A stretch of 64,000 nt of DNA from a virus (Duplodnaviria; Caudoviricetes). Within the stretch, counting starts at the first letter, position 1. Each line of letters begins with the position of its first letter. Shown here one piece after another: positions 1-10,062 of the stretch. The translations under genes and the position numbers were made by a program. Below the pieces are notes generated by a model, which was not told where the DNA came from, searched no databases, and saw only the letters and a program-made list of their open reading frames with translations. The stretch spans positions 32,001 through 96,000 of IMG/VR virus record IMGVR_UViG_2924263452_000001; one strand, 5' to 3'.

Positions 1-256
1 CGTTAAATTGCTGGAATGTGGCGTTATTCTTAATGGCAGAAATCGCACTATCCTTTACTTTGTTATAATGCTCATAATAATCCTGTTCTGTTTTAAACTC
101 TGCTATTGAATCAAGAAATTCTTTATATTTTTCTACTGCCCCATATTGTTTGTCTAACAATTCAAGTCTGTTCTGGAAGTAAGGCTCTTCATATAAGCTA
201 ATGGGGATTCCGTAAAGCTTACAGAATCGCCCTTTAAGTCCATTTGTTATTTCCAT
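1..256 (-). CDS. Hypothetical protein, runs off the window edge
   Basis: ATG at 256 preceded by GGAG; open frame MEITNDLKGRFCKLYG... to the window edge. Confidence 0.6.
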   Translation of the reverse strand, partial: MEITNGLKGRFCKLYGIPISLYEEPYFQNRLELLDKQYGAVEKYKEFLDSIAEFKTEQDYYEHYNKVKDSAISAIKNNATFQQFN

Positions 257-269
257 TGTTGGATATCTC

Positions 270-1403
270 CTATTCTAATTCTTCTATGATTTTGTTAAAT
301 TGTTCAATTGCTTCTGATGAGAAATCATTTTCATAAAAATCACGCCACTGCTGCAATTTCTCTTTTACGGAAAAATCTCTGCCCCAGGATTCTTCGGCAA
401 GTTCTTTCATCCTTTCCTCAGTTGTACCTGATACAATTTGTGCGATTTCATATGGAACAAATACTGGCTTTCCACCAAGCTTTTTAACCTTATCATAGTC
501 TGACTGATTTCCTACCGGAATTGCGGAATGATTGTTTTCATCGAAGTCAGAAATAATCATATCCTTAACTTTACGTCCTTTTTCGGTATAGGTTTGATAT
601 TGGATATTACATATATCATAGAATGATCCGTCATTGGCAATTTCCATAAGGTCTTTTATATTAAGATCACCATTGTCTATTGCTTCACATATCATTTTTG
701 AAGTTGTACTTCGCATATCCCATGTACTGCAGCTTTTTCTATCACGTTCAACAGTAATATATTGTGGCTTAAAATCATATCCAAAATATAGATTTTTCTC
801 TTTTTCTACTGCAAGCCCATTTACAAATATTTCGCCACGCATATCTTTTTCTGTAAAAATGCGCCCATAACTTGTTTCTATTGCTTTATGATTTTCTGCA
901 CCCGGCATACCTATCCACACATCATATAGAGAGTTGTATTCATCTAAAGTCACATTTTCGATTTCGATAACAAGTCCATCATTGTTTGTATGGTTTGGAA
1001 TTATTTCAAACATAAGAACCTTTTCATTGAATACTTCCGAGTATTCAAATTTGGAAATCCATATTTCATCTTTACTATTATTGTATACAGAAAATGTTTT
1101 ACCAAGGCGATTTAACACAAGTGCTGCGATTTTATAGCCCTCTCCAAATTGTCCAACAGTATCAGTATTATTGGATTTTGTGCTACAACCAAGTAACAAG
1201 GTATTTATTTCCAGAGTCGATTCAGAATTACTTAACTGAAGGATATTTTCCTGTTCGTCATAGGATATTTTAAACACATTCTTCGGATCAAGTGTCTGCT
1301 GGTCAGTTCCATTTTGGATTAATTCTCTTACAGCATCCTGGAAGTTCCAATCAGACACATAATTTGGCGTTATTGTTAATTCAATTTTTCTTACTTTGTC
1401 CAA
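270..1403 (-). CDS. GHKL (HATPase-like) ATPase domain protein
   Basis: AVRELIQN motif and GQFGEGYK Gly-rich motif of the Bergerat fold. Confidence 0.75.
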   Translation of the reverse strand: MDKVRKIELTITPNYVSDWNFQDAVRELIQNGTDQQTLDPKNVFKISYDEQENILQLSNSESTLEINTLLLGCSTKSNNTDTVGQFGEGYKIAALVLNRLGKTFSVYNNSKDEIWISKFEYSEVFNEKVLMFEIIPNHTNNDGLVIEIENVTLDEYNSLYDVWIGMPGAENHKAIETSYGRIFTEKDMRGEIFVNGLAVEKEKNLYFGYDFKPQYITVERDRKSCSTWDMRSTTSKMICEAIDNGDLNIKDLMEIANDGSFYDICNIQYQTYTEKGRKVKDMIISDFDENNHSAIPVGNQSDYDKVKKLGGKPVFVPYEIAQIVSGTTEERMKELAEESWGRDFSVKEKLQQWRDFYENDFSSEAIEQFNKIIEELE

Positions 1404-1418
1404 TTTTGTTTTCCTCTC

Positions 1419-2012
1419 TTATTCTCCTAGCTTAAATGTTGCTAATTTCTTTTCGGCTTCTTCGCAATTAGTAAACCATGTTTGTCCGTATTCTGAATCA
1501 ATACAGATGACATCTGGGGCGTATATACTATCTTTATCGCATTGTATAAACCATCCGTTTTGAGAAATTACAATGTTGTAAACTTTTTGATGATATACTC
1601 TGTTATTTGTTTTATATCCATTCAGGACATTCAAATCATACTTAACTTTGCTTGGAATCTTATAAATATCATCGCCAATTTTAACAGGTAATCTCACAAG
1701 CAATCCCTGTTTTTCTGAATCTTCGTAGGATTTCAGTTCTTTCAACAGTCCTGCGACATCTTTCAGCCAAAACAAATCCCCATCTTCAAAACAGCAACCA
1801 TATTTCTGCTGATGATACGGGCAACCAACCGTTTCCTTCCCACTGATGAAATCTCTTAAAGTTTCGCCAGTTCCACAGACAATTCGTTTATGCTCATCAT
1901 CATCCATATGTATGAAGTTTTCGTGGTCTGAATAGCAATCGCCTACAGCATCCTGGCTGGCAACACATTTAAGTGCCTTTATCATATCGTCAATTATAAT
2001 CTTTTCCATCAT
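1419..2012 (-). CDS. Hypothetical phage protein
   Basis: ORF in a tightly packed operon with GAGGTG RBS. Confidence 0.6.
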   Translation of the reverse strand: MMEKIIIDDMIKALKCVASQDAVGDCYSDHENFIHMDDDEHKRIVCGTGETLRDFISGKETVGCPYHQQKYGCCFEDGDLFWLKDVAGLLKELKSYEDSEKQGLLVRLPVKIGDDIYKIPSKVKYDLNVLNGYKTNNRVYHQKVYNIVISQNGWFIQCDKDSIYAPDVICIDSEYGQTWFTNCEEAEKKLATFKLGE

Positions 2013-2566
2013 TTCACCTCTTTTAACTTCTCCACCGCCAGTTTCAATGATTCCTTAATTTCATCCGTTATTTTGATTTCGTGATCTGGAATTTGGATTA
2101 GTTTCTCAATATTTTTAATTGCTTTCTCTTCTTGTGATGGAACTGTAGTTCTACCCGATGCCACAATTTCAAGAATTTCGTCAATATTATCTTTCCAGTT
2201 TTCTATTCCACACAAACTTGAGTCACACTTAGTGTTATTTTTGCTCAATACACATTCTGAACATTTACGATTACCGCATGAAGAATATATATTGGCAATC
2301 CACTCAGCAAACTCTCTCGCTGTCATTTCTTTTGTGCCGAGAATTTCTGAGGCTTCGTAGACAGTGAAATCCGGATTAATACATGTAGCATAAGCAATAT
2401 CTTTATCTTCATAAAATTTTAAAATGTCTGGAAAATGTTGTGCTGGTAATGGTTCACAACTATCTCTCTTATACCAATGAAATCCTTGCTTCTCAGCTTC
2501 TTTAAGTAGTTTTTCGTTTTCTTCTTTCGTTCTAACTAGAACACATGTGTTTGTTAAATCAATCAT
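2009..2566 (-). CDS. Hypothetical phage protein (Cys-rich)
   Basis: Overlapping ATGA junctions, GGAGGTG RBS. Confidence 0.6.
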   Translation of the reverse strand: MIDLTNTCVLVRTKEENEKLLKEAEKQGFHWYKRDSCEPLPAQHFPDILKFYEDKDIAYATCINPDFTVYEASEILGTKEMTAREFAEWIANIYSSCGNRKCSECVLSKNNTKCDSSLCGIENWKDNIDEILEIVASGRTTVPSQEEKAIKNIEKLIQIPDHEIKITDEIKESLKLAVEKLKEVK

Positions 2567-3006
2567 GCTTTCACCTCCAGCTTTTTCAAATCCTCAATAC
2601 TCCAAGGCTCATCATCTTCCCGTTTGATAAAGTCAAATTTAATATCAAACATATTTATTAATGCACAGTTTGCTAATCCCCAAGTTTCTAATATTTTAAT
2701 TGGCTTTTCTGTACAGGCTAATAAGAAACCATTTTTGTCTCTTGCAATATATTTATAATTAGACAAAAGTAGATCAAGGAATTTCTTTTCTTTTGATGTG
2801 ATTACAGGTTTTTCTACATATTCATATTGTGATCATTCATATCGCTTTATTCTACAAGTTTTTTCAGAATTTTTAGAACTAAATATACACTTCTCACAGC
2901 TAATCTTACTGCAAGAGGTAATTTCACTTGACTTTGTAACTGCAAATGCTCCACCTCTGCATACAATATCCAAAATTTCTTTTGCGAACTTTTCTCTATT
3001 TGTCAT
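2563..3006 (-). pseudogene. Phage hypothetical gene interrupted by one in-frame TGA at codon 58
   Basis: ATG at 3006 with GAGG RBS; MTNREKFAKE...RYE*SQYEYVEKP continues in frame into ORF 2563..2766; TGA at 2833-2835. Confidence 0.65.
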
Positions 3007-3042
3007 GCTTTTACCTCACTATCTTCCGGCATCTGGAAATAC

Positions 3043-3492
3043 TTATCCTTTTTTCTGTTTTTTCTTCTTATATGCTTTGTTTAACTGCCTTTCCAGGGAA
3101 CTTCTTTCGAGTGGATTTTTACAATGTTTTATCTGCTTTTTGAGTTTTGAAATATTCATACACTCGTTTTCTTTCTTTTTATCAAATTCTGATAAAAAAT
3201 TTTCTGTATCTTGTACGGTAAAAATAATATCTCTAAGCGGAAGATTCTCTGGCATACAAATACAACCATCAAATATTCCTTTGGTTTCTTCACTAGAAGA
3301 GATTGCTACATCCACCAATCCAGAGACAAAATTGAACATTTCCATATGATTCATAGCTTTTACTCTTCTGGATATTTTCTCAAATGCTTCAGTTTTATCA
3401 ATGTGAAGATTTCTCCCAGCTACTTTATATTCATTCGTGCTATATGCTGGAATCGGCTTGTATAAAGTCTCAAGTTCTTCCATGTCTACCAT
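3043..3492 (-). CDS. Hypothetical protein
   Basis: ORF with RBS in operon context. Confidence 0.55.
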   Translation of the reverse strand: MVDMEELETLYKPIPAYSTNEYKVAGRNLHIDKTEAFEKISRRVKAMNHMEMFNFVSGLVDVAISSSEETKGIFDGCICMPENLPLRDIIFTVQDTENFLSEFDKKKENECMNISKLKKQIKHCKNPLERSSLERQLNKAYKKKKQKKG

Positions 3493-3613
3493 TTCCCTTC
3501 GTATAAATCTCCGTTATTGTGTGCATACGAAATATTTACAGCACAATCATTTTCCCATTGTTCAATCATTTCGCTGCCATCCATACAACCAAACTTAACC
3601 TTTCCATCTATTA

Positions 3614-3934
3614 TTACCTTTCATATAATTCAAATCTATATTTCTGTTTAATACAGGGATATTTATAATGATCCACTTCACTCATAAACATGTCATATGG
3701 TCTTACATATAATCCAAAGTTCACATTGTCTTTTTCGCTTTTATATAATGCCTGGTATACAACCATTTTTTCTTTGGTTTCTGTATGCTCTGCAATGCCA
3801 ATTATTTTGTAGAGATACTTGCTAGATATTCTAAACGTTTCACCTTTCAGAAACTCTCTTTTGAAGTGCTTAACAATATCTCCGGGTTTAAATTCTCTTT
3901 TAGATTCCATTACTGTTCTATAATCACCTGACAT
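3614..3934 (-). CDS. DUF1653 family protein
   Basis: VKHFK...[18 protein letters not shown]...[22 protein letters not shown] signature. Confidence 0.8.
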   Translation of the reverse strand: MSGDYRTVMESKREFKPGDIVKHFKREFLKGETFRISSKYLYKIIGIAEHTETKEKMVVYQALYKSEKDNVNFGLYVRPYDMFMSEVDHYKYPCIKQKYRFELYER

Positions 3935-4252
3935 TTATTTTCCTCCTATAATTGCTTTTAAACACCAGTTCCACCCACATTTAAAACTTGGCAAACGATC
4001 TCCCCAACGGAATGTTTCTTTTATCTCTTTGTGTTCTGGTAGAGGTCTTAATGGACAATGTTCTGAAACTGATTCACAATCTTTTCCAGTTATATACTTT
4101 CCAATTACAGGACAATATACTGACACTTCTGATACACTATGATCTGTGGCAATAGGACACATCCAACATGATTCCGGTGTATCTATTACCAATACCGATT
4201 TATTCATCTGATTCCTCCCGTAATAATTCTGATTGATCGAAAATATTTCCAA
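3935..4252 (-). CDS. Hypothetical Cys-rich phage protein (true start probably MNKSVLVID)
   Basis: PESCWMCP...CPLRPLPE...GWNWCL pattern common in Firmicute phages. Confidence 0.55.
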   Translation of the reverse strand: MEIFSINQNYYGRNQMNKSVLVIDTPESCWMCPIATDHSVSEVSVYCPVIGKYITGKDCESVSEHCPLRPLPEHKEIKETFRWGDRLPSFKCGWNWCLKAIIGGK

Positions 4253-4293
4253 TCACTTCAACCCGCTTTGCCTTGAAAAGAATTTCTCTCATA

Positions 4294-4977
4294 TCACGCC
4301 TCCTTCGGTTTTTCACACCGTTCAAATTCGATCACCCAGACCCACGGGTTTGCATCCCAACCGTAGATGTCAAGATCAGATTTCTTGATGGTTCTGTCCC
4401 AGATTTCAATAAAATGTTCTCTAGCTGTATATATGCGATCATATTCATTCTCCGGGCTGTGAATAAGCCCTCTGTTATCTATCGCTCCTTCTGCTTCTGC
4501 ACCATCCTCTGTGATATCCTGTAACCGCTCCACCCTCACATCCGTAACCTTCAGCCAGATTCTCGCCGCTTCTTTCGGCATGTGGATGGACGGGTGCCAC
4601 TTCGCGTCTCCACTTATTTCATCTGTTGCCCGATACATGTAGCAACCACAAGCTTTATCCAAAACGCTTTTCTTTGGCTCTTTGGGGCAATTTCCTCTTT
4701 CATCTCCCTCACAGTTCCAACATTCAAAACGCTCCCATGTTTCCCGGACATACAGGATATCTCCCGGCTTGTACGGTGGAATCAACTGATTTTCGAACAT
4801 TCTCTCATCTTCGTCATATTCATATATTCCGGTAAATGAGCCGTCCGGTCTTTTCGTAACGTAGAACCCACAAGCGTCTTTTCGTCTGGTTTTTACCACC
4901 CGCCGTGTGCAAGTCTTTCTTCCGTCCAGGATTGCCTGCACCATCTCGGTATTGAATAAAATAGGCTTAATTGCCAT
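4294..4977 (-). CDS. Conserved phage protein (ASCH/PUA-like)
   Basis: KPILFNTEMVQAILDGRKTCTRR, GDILYVRETW, WHPSIHMP, NPWVWVIEF. Confidence 0.7.
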   Translation of the reverse strand: MAIKPILFNTEMVQAILDGRKTCTRRVVKTRRKDACGFYVTKRPDGSFTGIYEYDEDERMFENQLIPPYKPGDILYVRETWERFECWNCEGDERGNCPKEPKKSVLDKACGCYMYRATDEISGDAKWHPSIHMPKEAARIWLKVTDVRVERLQDITEDGAEAEGAIDNRGLIHSPENEYDRIYTAREHFIEIWDRTIKKSDLDIYGWDANPWVWVIEFERCEKPKEA

Positions 4978-5254
4978 CTACTCCACCGCCTTTCACGATT
5001 TCATCAATTGTTGCATCCCCTTCTATGCAATATTTTTCAAACAAATAATTCTCTAATTGTTCTGTAACTTCATTTACATCAAAAGCTGTCGGCTGATTAT
5101 CAATTTCCATGATCGTACTCAGCAAAGCAACATCCGAGTCAATCATTTCTTCTTCTGGTTCTAACGGTTTCAAGCATTTTATTATATTTTCTTTTAATAA
5201 GTCTGCATCAATCAGTCTGCTCATCTGTTCTATATCCTTTCTCGCTGAAACCAA
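4967..5254 (-). CDS. Hypothetical phage protein
   Basis: MSRLIDAD...QPTAFDV pattern typical of small Firmicute phage genes. Confidence 0.55.
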   Translation of the reverse strand: MVSARKDIEQMSRLIDADLLKENIIKCLKPLEPEEEMIDSDVALLSTIMEIDNQPTAFDVNEVTEQLENYLFEKYCIEGDATIDEIVKGGGVDGN

Positions 5255-5293
5255 AATCTTATTTTAACTGGATTAATCTATTTTTGATATGGC

Positions 5294-5608
5294 TCATGCT
5301 TCCGCCTCCGAATCTTCTGGCATCTGAAAGATAGCAAATCCATCTGTTTTTTCTTTAAATTCGTGAAGATAACTTACACTGAAATTCAACATGATTTGAT
5401 ATTCACTATAAGCTTCCTGAATCATATCCAATACTTTAAGTGCTACTTGATATGAGTGATACTGTCCCATTGTTTTAGATCCTTTAACATATTCAAATAC
5501 AATACTTGCAGATTCATCTGTTTCTTTATATATTTTAATTCCCTGGATATTTTCTAAAAAAGTTATAAATTCTTTATTTTGACTTCTGACCATCATCATA
5601 TCTACCAT
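5294..5608 (-). CDS. Hypothetical phage protein
   Basis: ORF in operon context. Confidence 0.5.
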   Translation of the reverse strand: MVDMMMVRSQNKEFITFLENIQGIKIYKETDESASIVFEYVKGSKTMGQYHSYQVALKVLDMIQEAYSEYQIMLNFSVSYLHEFKEKTDGFAIFQMPEDSEAEA

Positions 5609-5973
5609 TTCCCTTCATACATATCTTTTTTATCATTTGAATATGCAAGGTGTGCCGCACATTCTTCTTCCCAATATTCAATTAAATCACATGCCGAAGA
5701 TTCTCCAAAAAGAAAATATGCTACATTAATTATTCCTTTAATCTCTACTAATTTTTCGTTTATTTCTTTTACAATATCCCAACATACAATTTCACCACTT
5801 GTATCTCCAAGAACAATTTCAGATATCTTTTCTTCCAAACTATTATCTGAGTCACAACCAGTATAAGAAGTAGGGATTAATTTTTTATCTACAATCACAA
5901 TGAAAGGTATTTCATCATTTTCCACCATACATAAAATTTCTTTTTTAGTAAGTGGGTGTGTTATTAGTTCCAT
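5602..5973 (-). CDS. Hypothetical protein
   Basis: GGAGGTG RBS, operon context. Confidence 0.55.
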   Translation of the reverse strand: MELITHPLTKKEILCMVENDEIPFIVIVDKKLIPTSYTGCDSDNSLEEKISEIVLGDTSGEIVCWDIVKEINEKLVEIKGIINVAYFLFGESSACDLIEYWEEECAAHLAYSNDKKDMYEGKW

Positions 5974-5989
5974 ATGTACTCACCTCCAA

Positions 5990-6288
5990 TTAATAAATCT
6001 GCCACCATAAGTCAAACAATTTCTTATATGCATTGCCATTGAAAAGATCGCCTTTATAGTAACGTACTTTTCTGTTGGACACTTTCTTATATGTATAATA
6101 CCGTCCTTTATTTCTTCCAAGGCTTTTGTATGATTTTACAAAATATGGCTTATTCACTGTTTTATATGGATAGTCTGCATCAACATACCAAATAGCCGGT
6201 CTAATTGCTCCAAATGAATGAAGTCTTTTAAGTTTTCTCTTATATTTCCTATCTCTCCGTTTTTAGCGGCTCTTCCATAACAATGCAT
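5990..6288 (-). pseudogene. Basic hypothetical protein with an apparent frameshift at an A5 run
   Basis: MHCYGRAAK joins the open frame RRDRKYKRKLK...DLWWQIY if one A is added near 6260-6264. Confidence 0.4.
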
Positions 6289-6299
6289 ATCATTACCTC

Positions 6300-6536
6300 C
6301 TATAAATAGCAATCTCCTGTCTTTTTAAAATCTTCCTCAAAAGTTTTAAAGCACCGATATAAAATAATAGCCGTATTTTCCTTTGAAATTTTATCCTGAA
6401 GAAATCCAGTGTAAACAATTGTTGCGCCGTATTTTTCCATTTCATCAAGTTTATTTGCTACTCTGTCAGCAAATGCTTTCATACTTTCTTTTAATCCTCT
6501 ATAAAGGACACATGTTTTAGTTTTGCTCACTTTCAA
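6300..6536 (-). CDS. Hypothetical protein
   Basis: ORF with AAGGAGG RBS. Confidence 0.5.
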   Translation of the reverse strand: MKVSKTKTCVLYRGLKESMKAFADRVANKLDEMEKYGATIVYTGFLQDKISKENTAIILYRCFKTFEEDFKKTGDCYL

Positions 6537-7086
6537 GTTCCTCCTTATCTCTAATCTGTAACAATACCTTGTTTACTATCACATCATATCCAGCAACTTC
6601 TCCTGGAACTTCCTGATATGTGATTCCTCTTTGAGTTAAGAGATCAATGATGGGCTTTTTCATATCGTCGGATTCTTTTTCTGTCTGCTGTCTGCCAATA
6701 GGATTGTATGGTTTTGTTCTAGTAATAAGAAAATTCACATTTTTATATCCATTAAATACATCCATTACACTTGAATTAAAATTTTCAGTAAGCAGCGGAT
6801 CATGATTATAGAAAATGCTTAGTGGTAATGGGCTGTCAGTAATGATTACATCAACCTTATTTGCACATCGGCTTATCTTGAAACTTTGTTTCCCGAAAAT
6901 ATATGCCTGATTATTAAATACTTCTTCGTTATTCTCCCACACTTTATCTTTGGCAAATTCTGTAACTAACTCCGCATTAACTCCAAGCATTTTTAATCTT
7001 GAGAAAATATATGCTGCGCCAGTGCTTTTACCAGCTCCAGGGACTCCAAATAAATTTACAATTAACGCGCTCATATGTACCTCCAT
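6517..7086 (-). CDS. P-loop nucleotide kinase-like ATPase (AAA_28/NadR-like)
   Basis: NLFGVPGAGKST Walker A; ITDSPL. Confidence 0.75.
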   Translation of the reverse strand: MEVHMSALIVNLFGVPGAGKSTGAAYIFSRLKMLGVNAELVTEFAKDKVWENNEEVFNNQAYIFGKQSFKISRCANKVDVIITDSPLPLSIFYNHDPLLTENFNSSVMDVFNGYKNVNFLITRTKPYNPIGRQQTEKESDDMKKPIIDLLTQRGITYQEVPGEVAGYDVIVNKVLLQIRDKEELESEQN

Positions 7087-7108
7087 TATTTATATAGTTC
7101 TCTTTGTT

Positions 7109-7336
7109 TCAAATCATATATGTAATAATAGCTTTGATTATCTCTCTGTCTGTGTCTGTGTCTAAACTTTGGAAATATTGTACAGATATCTTTTTCGCAC
7201 CTTTATCTCTCAACTCGTCCATTTCTTTATTTACTGTTTCGCAAAACTCCTCTTCTGTTTGACATCTAATATATGGTATAGTTACCTTATGATCTATGAT
7301 AGATTTTCTGTAGATTAATTTGGCTTTATAATTCAA
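7109..7336 (-). CDS. Hypothetical protein
   Basis: ATGA overlap with the neighbouring gene. Confidence 0.45.
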   Translation of the reverse strand: MNYKAKLIYRKSIIDHKVTIPYIRCQTEEEFCETVNKEMDELRDKGAKKISVQYFQSLDTDTDREIIKAIITYMI

Positions 7337-7791
7337 TTTTTATTCCTCACTACTCTATATTTTGAAGTATCTTCTCCAAACTGAATACCAAGATTATTTA
7401 ACTGTTTAATTGCAACATCTCTTTCAAACACTATTTGCTCATATGCAAACCCCATTGAGATCAATGTTTTTATCAGTTTTGAATACTCTTCGCTTTGGCT
7501 CTTTAAAAGCTCATTCAGCTTTTTATCGAACTCCTTGTTACTGAGAACTCCTGCTTCAAGTCGCAACTTATTCAATCTGCTTTTTATAAGATTCGGACAC
7601 CAATCTGGGACTTTTGACCACTTTCTCAAATCCCAGTCATCTGATACAATAAGTCGAGGTTTTCCGTTTTTTAGAACTTCTTTGCAGTACGCACCTACTT
7701 CATGATCCCATGAATCTGCAGTAAGTATTCTGTCAACCAAACAACTATTGCAGTCCAAACAATTATCAATGATTTTTGTGCATGTATTCAT
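7333..7791 (-). CDS. Hypothetical protein
   Basis: AGGAG RBS, CxxC motif. Confidence 0.55.
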   Translation of the reverse strand: MNTCTKIIDNCLDCNSCLVDRILTADSWDHEVGAYCKEVLKNGKPRLIVSDDWDLRKWSKVPDWCPNLIKSRLNKLRLEAGVLSNKEFDKKLNELLKSQSEEYSKLIKTLISMGFAYEQIVFERDVAIKQLNNLGIQFGEDTSKYRVVRNKN

Positions 7792-7812
7792 AGTTCATTC
7801 CTCCTATTTTAT

Positions 7813-7976
7813 TTATTTCTTACTGGCTTTCTTTTTATTAACAACTATATAACCAAGTGCATATCCGTGAGTTCCGGCACACAATGTAGGGGAAAGCCCC
7901 CCCATGTTCTATAAATTGTTCCAGCTTGTGAATTACCAGTTGAAAGATTTCCAACTTTGAGCACCTTCTTATTCAT
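7813..7976 (-). CDS. C5-MTase target-recognition mini-module, frameshifted at G7 (7897-7903)
   Basis: MNKKVLKVGN...IYRTWG then GLSPTLCAGTHGYALGYIVV when one G is added. Confidence 0.6.
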
Positions 7977-8143
7977 GTTTTCTCCTGACGATTATTTTCG
8001 GCTGTCTTTGCCCCCCCCATCATCGTTGAAAGAGTAGGTGCTAATCCTTCTATAGAATAAATTCTTTTGATTATGTCAAGACCTTTTATATCTAATCGTC
8101 CTAATACCTTTATTTTTGGTTGTTGATTAATTGATTTCTTCAT
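7973..8143 (-). CDS. C5-MTase target-recognition mini-module, frameshifted at G8 (8011-8018)
   Basis: RIYSIEGLAPTLSTMMGG then QRQPKII when one G is removed. Confidence 0.6.
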   Translation of the reverse strand: MKKSINQQPKIKVLGRLDIKGLDIIKRIYSIEGLAPTLSTMMGGAKTAENNRQEKT

Positions 8144-8537
8144 ACAATCTATCCAATCCTTTTTCAAACGCTCCGATACCAGAGAAAAAGCTACTTACCT
8201 TTAAATCTTTGAAAAGATACGGCATTGCCTGATAAAGATTTTTATAAATGTGATACAGAACTCCCACACAAATAGAATTTCCTGCCTGCTTGTAGAGCTG
8301 TGTGTCTGACATTCCAGCTTCTTTGGCTTTATCAAAATCTTCATCTGAAAAATCCATCAATCTCCAACATTCTCTTGGTGTCAAACGGCGAATACCATAA
8401 TCTTCAATATTTACATCATTTTCCACAATCACTCTTTTATCTCCTCCTGCATTAATCGTCCGGATAGTGCCAAAAAGCCCCCCTTGAACGTTCTCATTCC
8501 TTCATCGCATCTTCGTTCACAAATATATCTGTTCATA
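8127..8537 (-). CDS. C5 cytosine MTase subunit: TRD + motifs IX, X + motif I (permuted), frameshifted at G6 (8478-8483)
   Basis: IRRLTPRECWRLMDF, LYKQAGNS, then FFSGIGAFE at the C-terminus; ATG at 8537 joins in frame with one extra G. Confidence 0.7.
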
Positions 8538-8671
8538 CTATTCCCTTCTGGTTGGTTTCTGTATAATCACCGCATTCATACTCTGTTTGCCAAATCCTTT
8601 ATAATCTCTTGCCATAAGTGTATTTGCACAATTGGTTATATGATTTACATGGTTTGCATAATCACTTACAA

Positions 8672-9488
8672 TTACTCCTTGACGATATTTTTCGTCTGTA
8701 TCAGATCCCACATGTGGCGATCTAATGAACAGCCCCCCCATGTCTGATTGTATGAGAATAGGATCTATACAGTTTTCCACTGTCAATCATTTCCTGTAAT
8801 GCCTTTTTCTCTTTGGCTGAATCAACGTAATATTTATCTGGCACGTTTTCTTCATTCTCAAGAATATCGTACATTGTTATGTCACTTTCAAACCCATCTG
8901 GAAGGTTGAAATTGCCGTTATCAAGTTCTTTTCTGATGATTACAAGATATAATCGTTCTCTGTTCTGTGGAATACCAAAATCTTTGGCATTCAGAACTTT
9001 CCAGTAAGTGTTATATCCATATTCGTGAAGCTCTTCGATAAACATATCGAATGTGTTTCTGAAAGATTTTCCTACAATATTTTTTACATTCTCATAAATT
9101 CCCCAGGCTGGCTTATTTGCTCGAACAACACGCAGCCATTCAACCAACAGAGAAGAACGTGTCTTATCAAGGTTTTCGCTCCCACAATTAGGACACTTAT
9201 CTCTTTTTGACCAATGAACTGTCAAAGGGTTATATGTAAATGGCTCTCCGTCATCACCTGTACAATCTTTACAAGTCCATCCACTACCAGCTTTCTTTCC
9301 AGCAATACTGAAATCTTGGCATGGCGATCCCCCACAAATCATATTGAATGGTAACATGCTGTTTTCATCAACTTTCGTAATATCTCCAATGTTAAGGTTT
9401 GGATCAACTCCATGAATAGCACAATATGAAGTTGCGGCAAACTTATCAACTTCGCAAAAATTTACCAGTTTCCAACTTTGAATTAATT
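8672..9488 (-). CDS. C5 cytosine MTase catalytic subunit (motifs II-VIII); start codon on an invertible segment; G7 switch at 8733-8739
   Basis: FCEVDKFA, GDITKV, GGSPCQDFS, YENVKN, PQNRERLY; no in-frame start upstream of WKLVNF in the current orientation. Confidence 0.8.
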
Positions 9489-9652
9489 TTTCATTGTAAA
9501 ACTATTGTAGAAAAGTGCTGATTTAGTGGCATTTATACTATATTTTGTATGCTATATGTATATGTTGACACTAAATATAGCGTTTATTGCCACTAAAAAT
9601 CAGGTAAAAGAGGTATAAAAATTGGAAAATAACGATAAAAAATTAATTTAAT
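9477..9652. mobile_element. Invertible segment A (OFF orientation) carrying RBS+TTG of the C5 MTase
   Basis: Sites TTTGAA-TTAATT-TTTCAT (9477-9494) and ATAAAA-AATTAA-TTTAAT (9635-9652); plus-strand AAGAGGT and TTG at 9622 become in frame after inversion. Confidence 0.75.
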
Positions 9653-9819
9653 CTATTTTTGCCACATTTCATTAATAACCATTGCAGCAGATATTCCAAG
9701 TAAAGCCCAAAACTTCGGGGTATTAGGCTTTGCGTCTGCTACTGTTGTAAGTGCCGCAAATAACACACCATATATCAGGCTTCCAATAATTGTTGTTTTC
9801 ATTTATTTATTTCATCTTT

Positions 9820-10062
9820 CTACAGCATTTCCGGATGTTCGTTGAACATCTGTAAGAATTTCTTTTCGTCATTTTTATTAGAACACCAAAGTTCCAACTC
9901 ATCGCCGTGTTCGCCCACAAGTGCTGCAATCGCTACATATTGTGTTAAAGTAGATTTGAGATTATACTTATCTCCATATACAGAAGTCAGTGTTACTTCA
10001 CCTTCGCACTCATTTACTACTTTTAAAAATGTTTCAACGTCTTTTACGTTTTTGATTTTCAT
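9820..10062 (-). CDS. Small HPr-like fold protein
   Basis: FLKVVNECEGEVTL...NLKSTL resembles small HPr-like Clostridial proteins. Confidence 0.5.
   Translation of the reverse strand: MKIKNVKDVETFLKVVNECEGEVTLTSVYGDKYNLKSTLTQYVAIAALVGEHGDELELWCSNKNDEKKFLQMFNEHPEML

Noticed and set aside
2833-2835. Genome-wide stop-codon recoding
   Set aside because: TGA, TAG and TAA all terminate genes normally at tight junctions; this is an isolated case.
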